Below are positions 1 through 12,110 of a stretch of 64,000 bases of DNA, one piece after another (within the stretch, counting starts at the first letter, position 1; each line of letters opens with the position of its first letter). Source of the stretch: Mustelus asterias (Eukaryota). Location of the stretch: contig NC_135823.1 in NCBI RefSeq assembly GCF_964213995.1, positions 1,674,001 to 1,738,000 on the forward strand. The letters run 5' to 3'. A program made the translations under genes and the position numbers. The notes beneath the pieces were generated by a model. It was given only the letters and a program-made list of their open reading frames with translations. It did no database searches and was not told the origin of the DNA.

Positions 1-1242
1 CGTGCCTCACAAATTTGATAGAATTTTTTGAGGAGGTTACTAAGTTTGTTGATGAAGGTAGGGCAGTTGATGTCATATACATGGATTTTAGTAAGGTGTT
101 TGATACGGTCCCCCATGGTCGGCCTATGATGAAAGTAAGGAGCTGTGGGATAGAGGGAAAGTTGGCAGATTGGATAGGTAATTGGCTATCTGATGGAAGG
201 CAGAGGGTGGTGGTGGATGGAAAATGTTCTGACTGGAGGCAGGTTGCTGGCGGAGTGCCACATGGATCAGTGCTTGGTCCTCTGCTCTTTGTGATTTTTA
301 TTAATGACTTAGAGGAGGGGGCTGAAGGGTGGATCAGTAAATTTGTTGATGACACCAAGGTTGGTGGAGTAGTGGATGAGGTGGAGGGCTGTTGTAGGCT
401 GCAAAGAGACATAGATAGGATGCAAAGCTGGGCTGAAAAATGGCAAATGGAGTTTAAGACTGATAAATGTGAGGTGATTCATTTTGGTAGGAATAATTTT
501 AATGTGGATTTCACGTTCAAAGGTAGGGTTCTGAAGACTGTGGAGGAACAGAGAGATCTTGGGGTCCATATGCACAGATCTCTAAAGGTTGCCACTCAAG
601 TGGATAGAGCTGTGAAGAAGGCCTATCGTGTGTTAGCTTTTATTAACAGGGGGTTGGAGTTTAAGAGCCGTGGGGTTATGCTGCAACTGTACAGGACCTG
701 GTGAGACCACATTTGGAATATTGTGTGCAGTTCTGGTCACCTCACTATAAGAAGGATGTGGAAGCGCTGGAAAGAGTGCAGAGGAGATTTACCAGGATGC
801 TGCCTGGTTTGGAGGGTAGGTTTTATGAGGAAAGGTTGAGGGAGGTAGGGCTGTTCTCTCTGGAGCGGAGGAGGCTGAGGGGAGACTTAATAGAGGTTTA
901 TAAAATGATGAAGGGGATAGATAGAGTGAACGTTCAAAGACTATTTCCTCCGGTGGATGGAGCTATTATAAGGGGGCATACTATAGGGTTCATGGTGGGA
1001 GATATAGGAAGGACATCAGAGGTAGGTTCTTTACGCAGAGAGTGGTTGGGGTGTGGAATGGACTGCCTGCAGTGATAGTGGAGTCAGACACTTTAGGAAC
1101 ATTTCAGCGGTTATTCGATAGGCACATGGAGCACACCAGGATGATATGGAGTGGGATATCTTGATCGTGGTTTCAGATAAAGCTCGGCACAACATTGTGG
1201 GCCGAAGGGCCTGTTCTGTGCTGTACTGTTCTATGTTCTATG
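1..1242 (+). mobile_element. CR1/HER1-type LINE, 3' part (RT + tail)
   Basis: RT motifs [18 protein letters not shown]; frameshift near 700; 3' end GGGCCGAAGGGCCTG...(CTATGTT)n. Confidence 0.95.
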
Positions 1243-1447
1243 ACACAGAGACTGTTAAGTTGTTGACGCATAACTAACGAATGCAGAGACTGTGCAATTA
1301 ACAATCACAAGAAGTTTATTATTTATTAGTGCCACAAGTAGGCTTGCATTAACACTGCAACGAAGAATAAATAAACGTGAAAGGTTCAAGCAAAAATAAA
1401 CGTTGCTAACAAATTACTAAAAATATGAGGAAAATGTTGGTATCTCC

Positions 1448-1778
1448 CTCTCTCAGATGAGACACTTCCACTGACAAGATGTTGACTGGAGTTGATCTGA
1501 ACGGCGCAGTTCCACCGAGCTCCACTGTTCATCGATCCCGCCTGGAGAATTATGTAACGGCTGGATGTATAATTTCCATCTGGATCGATGGCACCAGAAT
1601 CAATCCTGCGTCCATAACCGGCCAGAAACATCCCAGTGGATGGCAAAGTGATCTTGATCCACACTCTTCACCGCACACACCAAAGGGACCACTTCCATCC
1701 AGCGAACTTCAACCAGTGGTAGAGTTAAGAGGTAGATGATTGGAGTTCCGGGAGTGATAGATGGATAATACTGAGGCA
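1448..1778 (-). pseudogene. Paralogous IgSF pseudogene, C1 exon (frameshifted)
   Basis: PIIYLLTLP...VVPLVCAVKSVDQDHFAIHWDVSG, frameshift, IDSGAIDPDGNYTSSRYIILQAGSMNSGARWNCAVQI; colinear with exon 3 of the intact gene; donor appears mutated; 5' boundary uncertain. Confidence 0.85.
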
Positions 1779-1840
1779 CTATTGGACATTCATTTCCTGG
1801 TTATTCATGATACGATGGCGCAAATGATCGTTTTCTTTAC

Positions 1841-1975
1841 CTGTAATGAGCAATGCAGAACTGTTTGCAAACATAAAACGCATCCCACTGAACTGGCTCG
1901 CTGCACAGTAATACAGCCGCGAATCAATGGCCCGGACCCCCGCGATGCTTAGGGAATAGAGGGGCAATTTGTCAT
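1841..1975 (-). pseudogene. Paralogous IgSF pseudogene, 3' part of V exon with J-like strand
   Basis: DKLPLYSLSIAGVRAIDSRLYYCAASQFSGMRFMFANSSALLIT then phase-1 donor CAG|gtaaag. Confidence 0.87.
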
Positions 1976-1979
1976 TACG

Positions 1980-4900
1980 TTGTCAGGAATTCAGGAAGCT
2001 TGGGTGGAAGCTGAGAGCCAGGACAAAACAGGTTGTCATCTCTGGTATGTTGCCGGTGCCACGGGATAGCGAGTTGACGAACAGGGAGAGAGTGCACTTA
2101 AACACTTGGATGCAGGGATGGTGTAGGAGGGAGGGTTTCAGCTATGTGGATAATTGAAACACTTTCTGGGGAAGGTGGGACCTGTACCAACAGGACGTAG
2201 TGCACCTGAACCATAAGGGCACCAATATCCTGGGAGGGAAATTTGCTCCAGCTCTTCGGGGGGATTCAAACTAATTTGTCAGGGGGATGGAAAAATGAGT
2301 TGTAGTCCAGAGGTCAGTGAGTGTAGTGAGGTACTGGGAAGGGTATCATGGTCAAAGGTGGGTGCCAGCAGACAAGAAGGTGGGTTGAAGTGTGTCTACT
2401 TCAATGCAAGGAGCATCCGAAATAAGGTAGGTGAACTTGGGGCGTGGATTGGCACTTGGGACTACGATGTTGTGGCCATTACGGAGACATGGGTAGAACA
2501 AGAACAGGAATGGTTCTTGGACGTTCCGGGGTATAGATGTTTCAGTAAGTGTAGGGTAGCTGGTAAAAGAGGTGGAGGAGTGGCACTATTAATCAAGGAG
2601 AGTGTAACGGCTGCAGAAAGGCATTTCGAAGGGGATATGCCTACAGAGGTAACATGGGCTGAGGTTAGGAATAGGAAAGGAGCGGTCACGTTGATAGGAG
2701 TTTACTATAGGCCCCCAAATAGAAATAGAGATGTGGAGCAAGAAATTGCTAAGCAGATTATGGATAGGTGTGGAGGTCACAGGGTAGTTGTCATGGGCGA
2801 CTTTAACCTTCCAAACACTGATTGGAACCTTTATAGGTCGAATAGTTCGGATGGGGCAGTTTTTGTGCAGTGTGTGCAGGAGGGTTCCTGACACAATATG
2901 TGGATAAGCCGACAAGAGGTGGGGCCACATTGGATGTGGTAATGGGAAATGAACCGGGCCAAGTGTTGGATTTGGTTGTGGGAGAGCACTTTGGAGATAG
3001 TGACCACAATTCGGTGTCTTTTGTTATTACAATGGAGAGGGAGAGGGCCAGACGGCAGGGCATAGTTTACAATTGGGGGAGAGGTAATTATGATGCAATC
3101 AGGCGGGAATTTGGAAGCATAGGATGGGAACAAACATTGTCAGGCAACGGCACTAACGATAAGTGGAACTTTTTCAAGGAACAAATACTGCTTGTCCTTG
3201 ATAGGTATGACCCTGCCAGGCAGAGAGGAAATGGCCGAGTGAGGGAACCATGGTTCACAAAAGAGGTGGAATGTCTTGTCAAGAGGAAGAAGGAAGCGTA
3301 TGTTCGGTTGAGAAAACAAGGTTCAGTTGGCTCGATGGAGGGTTACAAGTTAGCAAGAAATTAGCTGAAAAAGGGGCTTAGGAGAGCTAGGAGGGGGCAT
3401 GAGAAGTCGTTGGCGGGTAGGATCAAGGAAAACCCCAATGCTTTTTACTCTTATGTGAGGAATAAAAGAATGACCAGGGTGAGGTTGGGGCCGGTCAAAG
3501 ACGGCAGTGGGAATTTGTGCATAGAGTCAGAAGAGATAGGAGAGGTGATGAATGAATACTTTTCTTCGGTGTTCACCAAGGAGAGGGGCCATGTTTTTGA
3601 GGAAGAGAGGGTGTCACAGGCTGATAGTCTGGAGGAAGTAGATGTTCGGAGGGAAGCTGTACTAGCAATTCTGAATGAACTGAAAGTTGGTAAGTCCTCT
3701 GGGCCTGATGTAATACATCCTCGGAGTCTTTGCGAGGCAAGGGATGAGATAGCAGAGCCTTTGGCATTGATCTTTGCGTCCTCACTGTCCACGGGGGTGG
3801 TGCCAGAGGACTGGAGAGTGGCGAATGTGTTTCCTCTGTTAAGACAGGGAACATAAATGACCCTGGTAATTATAGGCCGGTTAGTCTTACTTCGGTGGTC
3901 GGTAAGTTGATGGAAAAGGTCCTTATGGATAGGATTTACGACCATTTAGAGAGTTGCAGCTTAATCCGGGATAGTCAGCACGGATTTGTGAAGGGCAAGT
4001 CTTGCCTCACAAATTTGATAGAATTCTTTGAGGAGGTAACTAAGTGTGTCGATGAAGGTAGTGCAGTTGATGTCATATACATGGATTTTAGTAAGGCGTT
4101 TGATAAAGTCCCCCACGGTCGGCTTATGAAGAAAGTAAAGATGTGTGGGATTGAGGGACGTTTGGCCGATTGGATAGGTAACTGGCTATCTAACAGAAGA
4201 CAGAGGGTGGTGGTGGATGGAAAATGTTCGGACTGGAAACCGGTTACCAGCGGAGTGCCACAGGGATCAGTGTTTGGTCCTCTGCTATTTGTAATTTTTA
4301 TAAGTGACTTGGAGGAGGGGGCTAAAGGGTGAATCAGTAAATTTGCTGATGACACCAAGGTTGGTGGAGTAGTGGATGAGGTGGAGGGCTGTTGTAGGCT
4401 GCAAAGAGATATAGATAGGATGCAGAGCTGGGCTGAAAAATGGCAAATGGAGTTTAACCCTGGCAAATGCGAGGTGATTCATTTTGGTCGGACAAATTTA
4501 AATGTGGATTACAGGGTCAAAGGTAGGGTTCTGAAGAATGTGGAGGTACAGAGAGATCTTGGAGTTCATATCCATTGATCTCTGAAGGTTGCCTCTCAAG
4601 TGGATAGAGCCGTGAAGAAGGCCTATAGTGCGTTGGCGTTCATTAACAGGGGGTTTGAGTTTAAGAGCCGTGGGGTTATGCTGCAACTGTACAGGACCTT
4701 GGTGAGACCACATTTGGAATATTGTGTGCAGTTCTGGTCACCTCACTACAAGAAGGATGTGGAGACACTGGAAAGAGTGCAAAGGAGATTTACCAGGATG
4801 CTGCCTGGTTTGGAGGGTAGGTCTTATGAGGAAAGGTTGAGGGAACTTGGGCTTTTCTCTTTGGAGCGGAGGAGGTTAAGAGGAGACTTGATAGAGGTTT

Positions 4901-5243
4901 ATAAGATAATGAGGGGGATAGATAGAGTGAACGTTCAAAGAATATTTCCTCGGGTGAATGGAGCGGTAACTCGGGGGCATAACTATAGAGTTCATGGTGG
5001 GAGATATAGGAAGGATGTCCGAGGTAGGTTCTTTACGCAGAGAATGGTTGGGGTGTGGAATGGACTGCCTGCAGGGATAGTGGATTCAGAAACTTTCGGA
5101 ACATTTAAGAAGCTATTGGATAGGCACATGGAGTACTTCGGGATGATCGGGAGGAAATAGCTTGATCTGGGTTTCAGACCACGCTCGGCACAACATCGTG
5201 GGCCGAAGGGCCTGTTCTGTGCTGTACTGTTCTATGTTCTATG
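1980..5243 (+). mobile_element. CR1 LINE (ORF1 3' end, APE+RT ORF2, decayed) inserted in the pseudogene V exon
   Basis: YFNARS, TETW, GDFN, SDH, FADD with stops and frameshifts; standard tail. Confidence 0.95.
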
Positions 5244-5447
5244 TTAACGTCTCCAGAAAATCTCACATTTGAAGGGTTGCTTTTTGTCACGGTGTGAACC
5301 ACTTGTAGATGCTCCCGTTGCCGCTGTTTCTATCATGGACAATTCTCCCTGCTCACTAGTCCGTGTGACAATGCACCTTGTAGATGCTTCCAAGCGGTAG
5401 AATCTGGATCGCCGGGGTCTGGGACAAAACTGCCTGAGATACAAAAC
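5244..5447 (-). pseudogene. Paralogous IgSF pseudogene, 5' part of V exon
   Basis: tttcag acceptor then GFVSQAVLSQTPAIQILPLGSIYKVHC; after stops and a frameshift, TGA TAG AAA CAG (decayed WYKQ) RQREHLQVVHTVTKSNPSNVRFSGDVN, ending at the CR1 tail. Confidence 0.82.
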
Positions 5448-5454
5448 CTGAAAG

Positions 5455-6213
5455 TGCCACACAAATGCCAGGCAATGACCATCACTAATAGGAGGCACTC
5501 GAACCAATGCCCCTTTACATTCAATGATTTAATCATCACTGAATCCCCCACTGTCAACATCCGTGGAGTTACCATTGACAAGAAAGTCAACTGGACTCAC
5601 CACATAAACACAGTAGCTACAAGAGCACGTCAGAGGCTAGGAATACTGCGGCAAGTAAATCACCCCCTGACTCCCCAAAGCCTATCCACCATCTGAAAGG
5701 CACAAGTCAGGAGCGTGACGGAATACTCCCCACTTGCCTGGATGAGTACAGCTCCAACAACACTTAAGAAGCTTGACACCATCCAGGACCAAGCAGCCCG
5801 CTTGATTGGCACCATATCAGCAAAGATTCATTTCCTCCACCGCCGACGCTCAGTAGCAGCAATGTGTACTATCCAGAAGATGCACTGCAAATATCCTTAG
5901 ACAGCACCTTCCAAGCCCACGACCGCTTCCATACAGAAGGACAAAGGGAGCAGATAAATGGGAACACCACTATCTGCAAGTTCCCCTCCAAGCCACTCAC
6001 CATCCTGACTTGGAAATATATCGCCATTCTGTTACAGTCGCTGGGTCAAAATCCTGGAATTCCCTCCCGAACAGCATTGTGGCTCAACCCACAGAGCATG
6101 GACTGCAGCGATTCAAGAAGGCAGCTCACCACCACCTGCTCAAGGGCAGCTAGGGATGGGGAATAAATGCTGGCCAGCCGGCGACGCCCATGTCCAATGA
6201 ATGAATTAAAAAA
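5455..6213 (+). mobile_element. Non-LTR retrotransposon 3' end (L2/CR1-group, distinct family)
   Basis: KCQAMTIT...GVTIDKKVNWTHHI...EYSPLAWM...LDTIQDQAARLI; tail GCGACGCCCATGTCC(AATG)n. Confidence 0.8.
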
Positions 6214-6475
6214 TAGAATTTTTAAAATGTGCGCTATTCCCCAGCTTTGAAATGACGTGAATTTTCAAAGACTTATACATTAATTGTAGTCTGAACGTTC
6301 AATTCCTCTGGAGAGAAACGAATTCAATATTCTTTTTCAAACGATCCTCTCAATTCATCATGCCAACTTCAATGTTTCAGTCTCTGTTACTCTGTATCTC
6401 TCCAATCTTGCATCTTCTTTTCAGTTTTTAACCGTATTTCATTTTGTTTCTTGAACTCTTCATAGAATAATGTAC

Positions 6476-6589
6476 CACTTCACTCGAATGGGTTAATTTG
6501 GACCAGCTAACTGGCTGGTTATGTCCGCCTGACACTTCATTCGAATGGGTTAATTTGGATCAGCTACCTGGCTGGTTATGTCCGCCTGA
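6476..6589. repeat. 57-bp tandem duplication (2 copies, 3 mismatches)
   Basis: CACTTCACTCGAATGGGTTAATTTGG...GTCCGCCTGA at 6476-6532 and 6533-6589. Confidence 0.9.
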
Positions 6590-6599
6590 AGAAATAAGG

Positions 6600-7700
6600 T
6601 CATAAGACAATTAGATGTCGGAGCAAAATTCGACCAATCGGTTCATCGTGTCTGCTCCGCCATTCGATCATGACTGATAGGTTTCTCATTCCCATTTTCC
6701 CGCCTTTTCCCTGTAACATTTGATCCCCCTACCAATCAGAAACGCATCGACCTGTTAAATATACTCAAAGACCTGGCCTCCACAGTCTTCTGTGCCAAAG
6801 ATTCACCACCCTCTGGCTGAAGGAATTGCACCTCATCTTGGTTCGTAAGAATCGTCCCGTTACTCTGAGCATGTGCCCTCGGATTCTAGACTTTCCTGAT
6901 CATGGAAGCATCTTCTCCACGTCCACTCTATCCAGGTCTTTTAGTGTTCTGTAATTTTCAATGAGATTCCTCATCACCCTTTTAAACTCCATTGAGTACA
7001 AACCCATAGTCCTCAAACGCTCTTAATACGTCAGGCTTTCAATTCCCGGGATCATTCCCGTGAACCTCCCTTGGACCCTCTCCAAGGCCAGCACATCCTT
7101 CCTTAGGTACGGGGCCTAAAATTGCTCACAATATTCCAAATGCAGTCTGACCAGAGCCTTATAAAACCTCATCAATACATGCTTTTGTATTCTGGTCCTC
7201 TCGAGATGAATGCTAACATTGCATTTGCCTTCCTAACAACCAGCTCAACCTACAAGTTAACCTTAAGAGAATCCTGAAAATGGACTCCCAAGATCCTGTG
7301 CATTTCTGATTTGTGAATTCGCCCCCCATTTAGAAAATAGTCTATGCCTCTTTTCCTACTAAAGTGCATCACATCACATTTTCCCATATTGTATTCCATC
7401 AGCCACTCCAATATCAATATGTCACATCATTTACTGCCTTTGCAAGTTTAATATCATTTGCGAGCGTTATAATTATCTCCATTCAACCAAATCCACATCT
7501 GTACTATTTAAGAAAACGTACTGCCCTCGTTCGCAATCGACTGGAAATCTTCATTAATCTGAGACAGAGCTGTTTCACAACTACTCTCTGCTTTCACCTT
7601 GGCCAATTTTGCATTCGGGGTTCTTCTTTCCGTTCATCCTGTTGATATTTGTAGCAAGTCGGTGATGTGGAACTTGTAAAATGCGACTTTATTGTGAAGA
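6600..7700 (-). mobile_element. Decayed CR1 3' part
   Basis: Reverse complement of the RT C-terminus (CTGGTCAGACTGCATTTGGAATATTG) and CR1 tail. Confidence 0.8.
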
Positions 7701-7744
7701 CATTCGTTAATATCAGTTGCCTCCAGAAAATCTCCTATTTGGTT

Positions 7745-8620
7745 TGATTGTATTTTTTATTGTCAAATGTATTGGGATACACTACCGTTTCTTGTGCGCT
7801 GTACCAACGAAACATACCATTCACAGAATATACGGGGGAGGAGGAAAGAAGAGAGTGTAGAATATAGTGTTACAGTCATAGCTAGGGTGTAGAGAAATAT
7901 CAAATTAAAATGGAATAAAATCAAAGAATCGTACAGTACAGAAGGAGGCCATTCGGCCCATCGAGTCTGTACCAACCACAACCCCACCCTGGCCAAGCCC
8001 ATAACCCTCATTTACCGTGCTAATCCCTCTGAGAGTAGTGTCAATTTAGCATGGTCAATCAACCTAACTCGCACATCTTTCGACTGCAGGAGGAAACCGG
8101 AGCACCCGAAGGAAACCCATGCAGATATGGGGAGAAATGTGTAAACTCCTCACAGACTGTATATGGTCGGATCATTCAAAAATCTGATGACAGCAGGGAA
8201 CAAACTATTCTTGCGTCGGTTGGTACGTGACCTCAGACATTTGTATCCTTTTTCCCGATGGAAGACGTGGGAAGGGAATATGCCTGGGGTGCGTGGGGTT
8301 TTTGATTATGGTGGCTGCATTTACCGAGGCAGCAGGACAGAATCAATGGCTGGTTTGCGTTATGGACTGGGCTGGGTTCACAACTCTTTGTCGTTTCTTT
8401 CAGTCTTGGAAAGAGCAGGAGACATATCAAACTATGTTGCATCAGGAAGGCATATTTTCTATGGTGCAGCTGTAAACGTTGTTGAGAGTCGTAGCGGTCA
8501 TGGCCAATTCTCTTTGCCCCCTGAGAAAGTAAAGGCTTTGGTGGGCTTTTTGAACTATCACATTTTCGTGAAGGGACCAGGACCAATTGTTGCTGACCTG
8601 TTGGCCCAGGCGTGCAGTAT
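7745..8620 (-). mobile_element. Rex1/Babar-like LINE 3' end with nested V-SINE (about 7925-8160)
   Basis: SWSLHENVIVQKAHQSLYFLR...YSCTIE; (AATCA)-type tail; matches the 12520-13333 copy. Confidence 0.7.
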
Positions 8621-9344
8621 CCACTGGGCAAATGACCTCAAAATAAGGGGGAGCAGATTTAGGACTGAGTTGAGGAGGAACTTCTTCACCCAAAGGGTTG
8701 TGAATCTTTGGAATTCCCTGCCCAGTCAAGCAGTTGATGCTACCACATTGAACGTTTTTAAGGCAAGGATGGATAGATTTTTGATCAGTAAAGGAATTAA
8801 GGGTTATGGTGAGTGGGCGAGTAAATGGAATTGAGTGCACAAAAAGATGAACCACGATCTGATTGAACGGCGGAGCAGACTCGAGGGGCCAGATGGGCTA
8901 TTCCTGCTCCTAGTTCTTATGTTCTTATGCAACTAAATCTCGGATGGAAACAATGCTGAGATGGCGGGAAGAAGCAGTGAGATCAGTGGAATATAGGGTG
9001 GAAAGTCGATGCTTTAAACCCTGCTCCAGATCACAAAGATTTGATAAATTACAATGAGAGTTGGTCATTTCATACGACCACAGGACAAATAAAACTTGAC
9101 ACATATTAAAAACATTTTGTCTTTCCATTGCGTTAAATTGATGCTTGCATTCACCCAATTTAAACTTGCTACACTTAATGAGCAGAGTCAGAAGCTTCTG
9201 GGACACCAGCTCAAATGCAGGATTAGGTCATTCATTCCCTCAATCCTTCCCTATCAGCAAAAAAAAACATGTCTGATCTGCCTGTGGTCTCAACTTCCTT
9301 TTCATATCTGTCCCCCTGAACACTTGACTCCTTTCACTCTCACT

Positions 9345-9695
9345 TTTTATTCATTCGAGGGGCATTGGCATCGCTGGCTGGCCAGCATAAATTGCCCATC
9401 CCTTGTTGTCCTTGGAGAGCAGTTTAGAGTCAATCACATTGCTGTGGCTCTGGAATTACATGCAGGACAGACCAGGTAAGGACGGCAGATTTCCTCCCCT
9501 AAAGTATATTAGTGAACCAGATGGGTTTTTCTGACAATCGAAAATGGTTTCATGGTCATCAGTCGATTCTTATGTCGCAATATATTTGATTGATTTCATC
9601 TGCCATGGCGGAATTCGAACCCAGGTCCCCAGAACATTAATTGAGTTTGTGAATTAATAGTCAAAAGGTAATGCCACTAGGCCATTGCCTCCCAG
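9345..9695 (-). mobile_element. tRNA-derived SINE sharing its 3' tail with the 5455-6213 LINE
   Basis: B-box GGGTTCGAATTCC; related copies at 17150-17497 (-) and 41833-42530 (+). Confidence 0.8.
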
Positions 9696-10546
9696 GTCTA
9701 ATCTGTTTCCATGAGACGTGAACATAATCAATCACTATGTCTCCACTGCTCTTGGGTCGTCCATCCCAAACAGTAATATTCAGTGGACAGAAGTAAACCT
9801 TTCTCATTGATAGATGGGAGATACCTTATTTAGAAACGGTGTACACTAGTTTTAGATTGTCACGCGAGAGGAAGTGGCTTCAGAATGCAGCCTGCCAATC
9901 TCCTCAGCAACTTGCATGTTCCAATCACATTCCTTCCAAAGGCCAAAGATGCGCAGGTTACGTGAATACGTCATGCTAAATTGTCCCTTAGTGTCCAAAG
10001 ATGAGAAGGTTAAATGGATTAGCCATGTTAAAATGCCCCTTAGTGTCCAAGGATGTGTAGTTCAGGTGGAAGAGCCGTGCTAAATTGCCGCTTAGTTTCC
10101 AAAATGTGTAGGTTAGTCGGATTAGCCGGATCAATATGTGGCGTCACGGGGATAGGGCCTGGGTAAGATCCTTTGTCGGATTGTCGGTGCCGAATCAATG
10201 GGCTGAATGGTACTCATTCTGTGTGTAAACCAACGGATAGGGTATTAGCAACGACATAATCAGTCAGATGTTGAAACAAAATCTGAAATATAAATTTGCC
10301 TGCACTTTTTATACCTTTCGGTTGCATTCCCGTGAGTAAATAGAACCAGAGGCCTCGGTTTTACCAACAATTGAAAATGATCCACACTCGGATTTTATAA
10401 CCAAATGCCCAGTGGGAAATTTAGGTGGTTGCTGTCTGCCATTCTCCGGAGCAATCGGTTGCAGTCCTGCCTCTCCCGTGAGGTCCACTGCCCCATTGAG
10501 CAGGGCCGAGTTTGGTCTTTGGTCAGAGAACCCGTGAAATCCCAGG

Positions 10547-10810
10547 GAAAGACCGGATTTATACTGGTGTTTATTGATATATTAACGACTGATTTGTTCA
10601 GTGTCGCAATTGTGTTTGCTTCTTAATTGTCCCGGCGGTTGTTGTCCTCCCGCGGTCCTCAATTTCTGACCGAGTCTCCGCTGCTCAGACTGCCTGATTA
10701 AAGTTTGGGTGTCGAACACTAATGTGGGCAGCTGCAGCGTGGATTTTCACCGAAAGCGGCCCCGGTGAAGATCCCGTTTGGATGATCTATCACGTACACG
10801 TGGTAGCCTC
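10547..10810 (+). pseudogene. Decayed Ig light-chain leader + V segment, resembling cartilaginous-fish sigma-cart (type I/NS5)
   Basis: Across frameshifts: RPDLYWCLLI/LTTDLFSVAI ... VLPRSSISDRVSAAQTA*LKF/VSNTNVGSCSVDFHRKRP/GEDPVWMIYH. ATG, first Cys and Trp are lost; 3' end is truncated. Class assignment is from my recall of shark NS5-type leader/FR1/FR2. Confidence 0.7.
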
Positions 10811-10864
10811 AATTCTGAAACCCTCAGTTATTAACATCTTTTGATAGATTCGGAAAAAAAATAG

Positions 10865-10990
10865 ACCATTGCTGTATGTGGGATTTAGCTGTTGGCAAAC
10901 TAGCTATAGTAATTTCCCACATGACAACATAACGAAAATTTAACACAAAACCTAAAATGTTTTGGAATGCTGAGAGATCGGGACCGAAGC
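10865..10990 (+). mobile_element. Decayed Deu-domain SINE fragment
   Basis: CATTGCTGTATGTGGGATTTAGCTGT...CCCACATGACAACA resembles the SacSINE/AmnSINE 3' region as I recall it. Confidence 0.45.
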
Positions 10991-11198
10991 AGGAACACAG
11001 TAACGTTGTGACTAAGGCCTGCAACCGGCACTTGCAGTGTTTTTAACTTCACTGCCCTGTAATCCTACTATATTCTGGGGGGAAAAAAACAGGTTCCCAG
11101 GCATTCTTGTCAAAAATATAGCAGATGTCGACAAAATCTTTGATAACTAAGCAGATGTAATAGTCCCTTAATCTATCAGTATTTATAATAATTATTCT

Positions 11199-11540
11199 GG
11201 GGCGGCACGGTAGCACAATGGTTAGCACTGCTGCTTCACAGCTCCAGGGACCTGGGTTCGATTCCCGGATTGGGTCACTGTCTGTGTGGAGTTTGCACAT
11301 TCTCCTCGTGTCTGCATGGGTTTCCTTCGGGTGCTCCGGATTCCTCCCACAATCCAAAGATGAGCGGGTTAGGTTGATTGGCCAGGTTAAAAATTGCCCC
11401 TTAGAGTCCTGTGATGCGTAGGTTAGAGGGATTAGCGGGTAAATATGTGGGGGTAGGGCCTGGGTGGGATTGTGGTCGGTGCAGATTCGATGGGCCGAAT
11501 GGCCTCCTTCCGCACTGTAGGGTTTCTATGATATCTATGA
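11199..11540 (+). mobile_element. HE1-type V-SINE, full length
   Basis: GGGCGGCACGGTAGCACA, B-box GGTTCGATTCC, V domain GTGTGGAGTTTGCACATTCTCC..., CR1-like tail. Confidence 0.92.
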
Positions 11541-11556
11541 TAAATTAGACTAAATT

Positions 11557-11856
11557 GGGGCGGCACAGCAGCACAGTGGTTAGCACGGCTGCCTCAGCGC
11601 CAGGGACGCGGGTTCTATTCCTGGCTTGGGCCACTGTCTGTGCAGAGTCTGCATGTTCTCCCCGTGTCTACGTGGGGTTCCTCTGGGTCCTTCGGTTTCC
11701 TCCCACAGTCTGAAAGAAGTGAACTGGCCATGCTAAATTCTCCCTCAGTGTACCCGAACAGGCGCCGGAGTATGGTGTCAGGGGATTCTCACAGTAACGT
11801 TATTCCACTCTTTATGCAAACCTACCTATGGCTAAGAAATAAGCTTTAACTTTTAA
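11557..11856 (+). mobile_element. V-SINE with a different tail (related copies at about 18125-18440, 19480-19780, 38172-38460, 43145-43432, 44645-44945, 63345-63645)
   Basis: tRNA head and V domain, tail TCACAGTAAC...AATAA. Confidence 0.85.
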
Positions 11857-11984
11857 ATTCACATTTCCGACTTAGTCACTATTCAAATAATACATAATAA
11901 TGTCAACGGTGGGTCTGAATGAGGCTGACGAAATGGATGTTCTCCCCGAGCGGCCAGCGTTAATCTCTACCATATAGAGCTGCA

Positions 11985-12110
11985 TCGAAGGATAATTTAG
12001 ATCCCAAAACGTTAACTCTGTTCTCTGCATAGATGCTGCCAGACATGTTGAGTTCGTTCAGCATTTTCAGATTGTATTTCAGATTTCTAGCAGCTGTAGT
12101 TATTTGCTTT
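11985..12110 (+). mobile_element. Penelope-type pLTR remnant with decayed hammerhead
   Basis: ...AAAACGTTAACTCTGTTCTCT..AGATGCTGCCAGACATGTTGAGT..CAGCATTTTC; same family as the split copy at 49475/51985. Confidence 0.55.

Noticed and set aside
7690-7745. Minus-strand PNRRFSG resembling the pseudogene's NVRFSG
   Set aside because: Too short, no recoverable YYC, lies among LINE debris.
11199-11280. tRNA-like A/B boxes here and at many other sites
   Set aside because: SINE heads, not complete tRNA cloverleaves.
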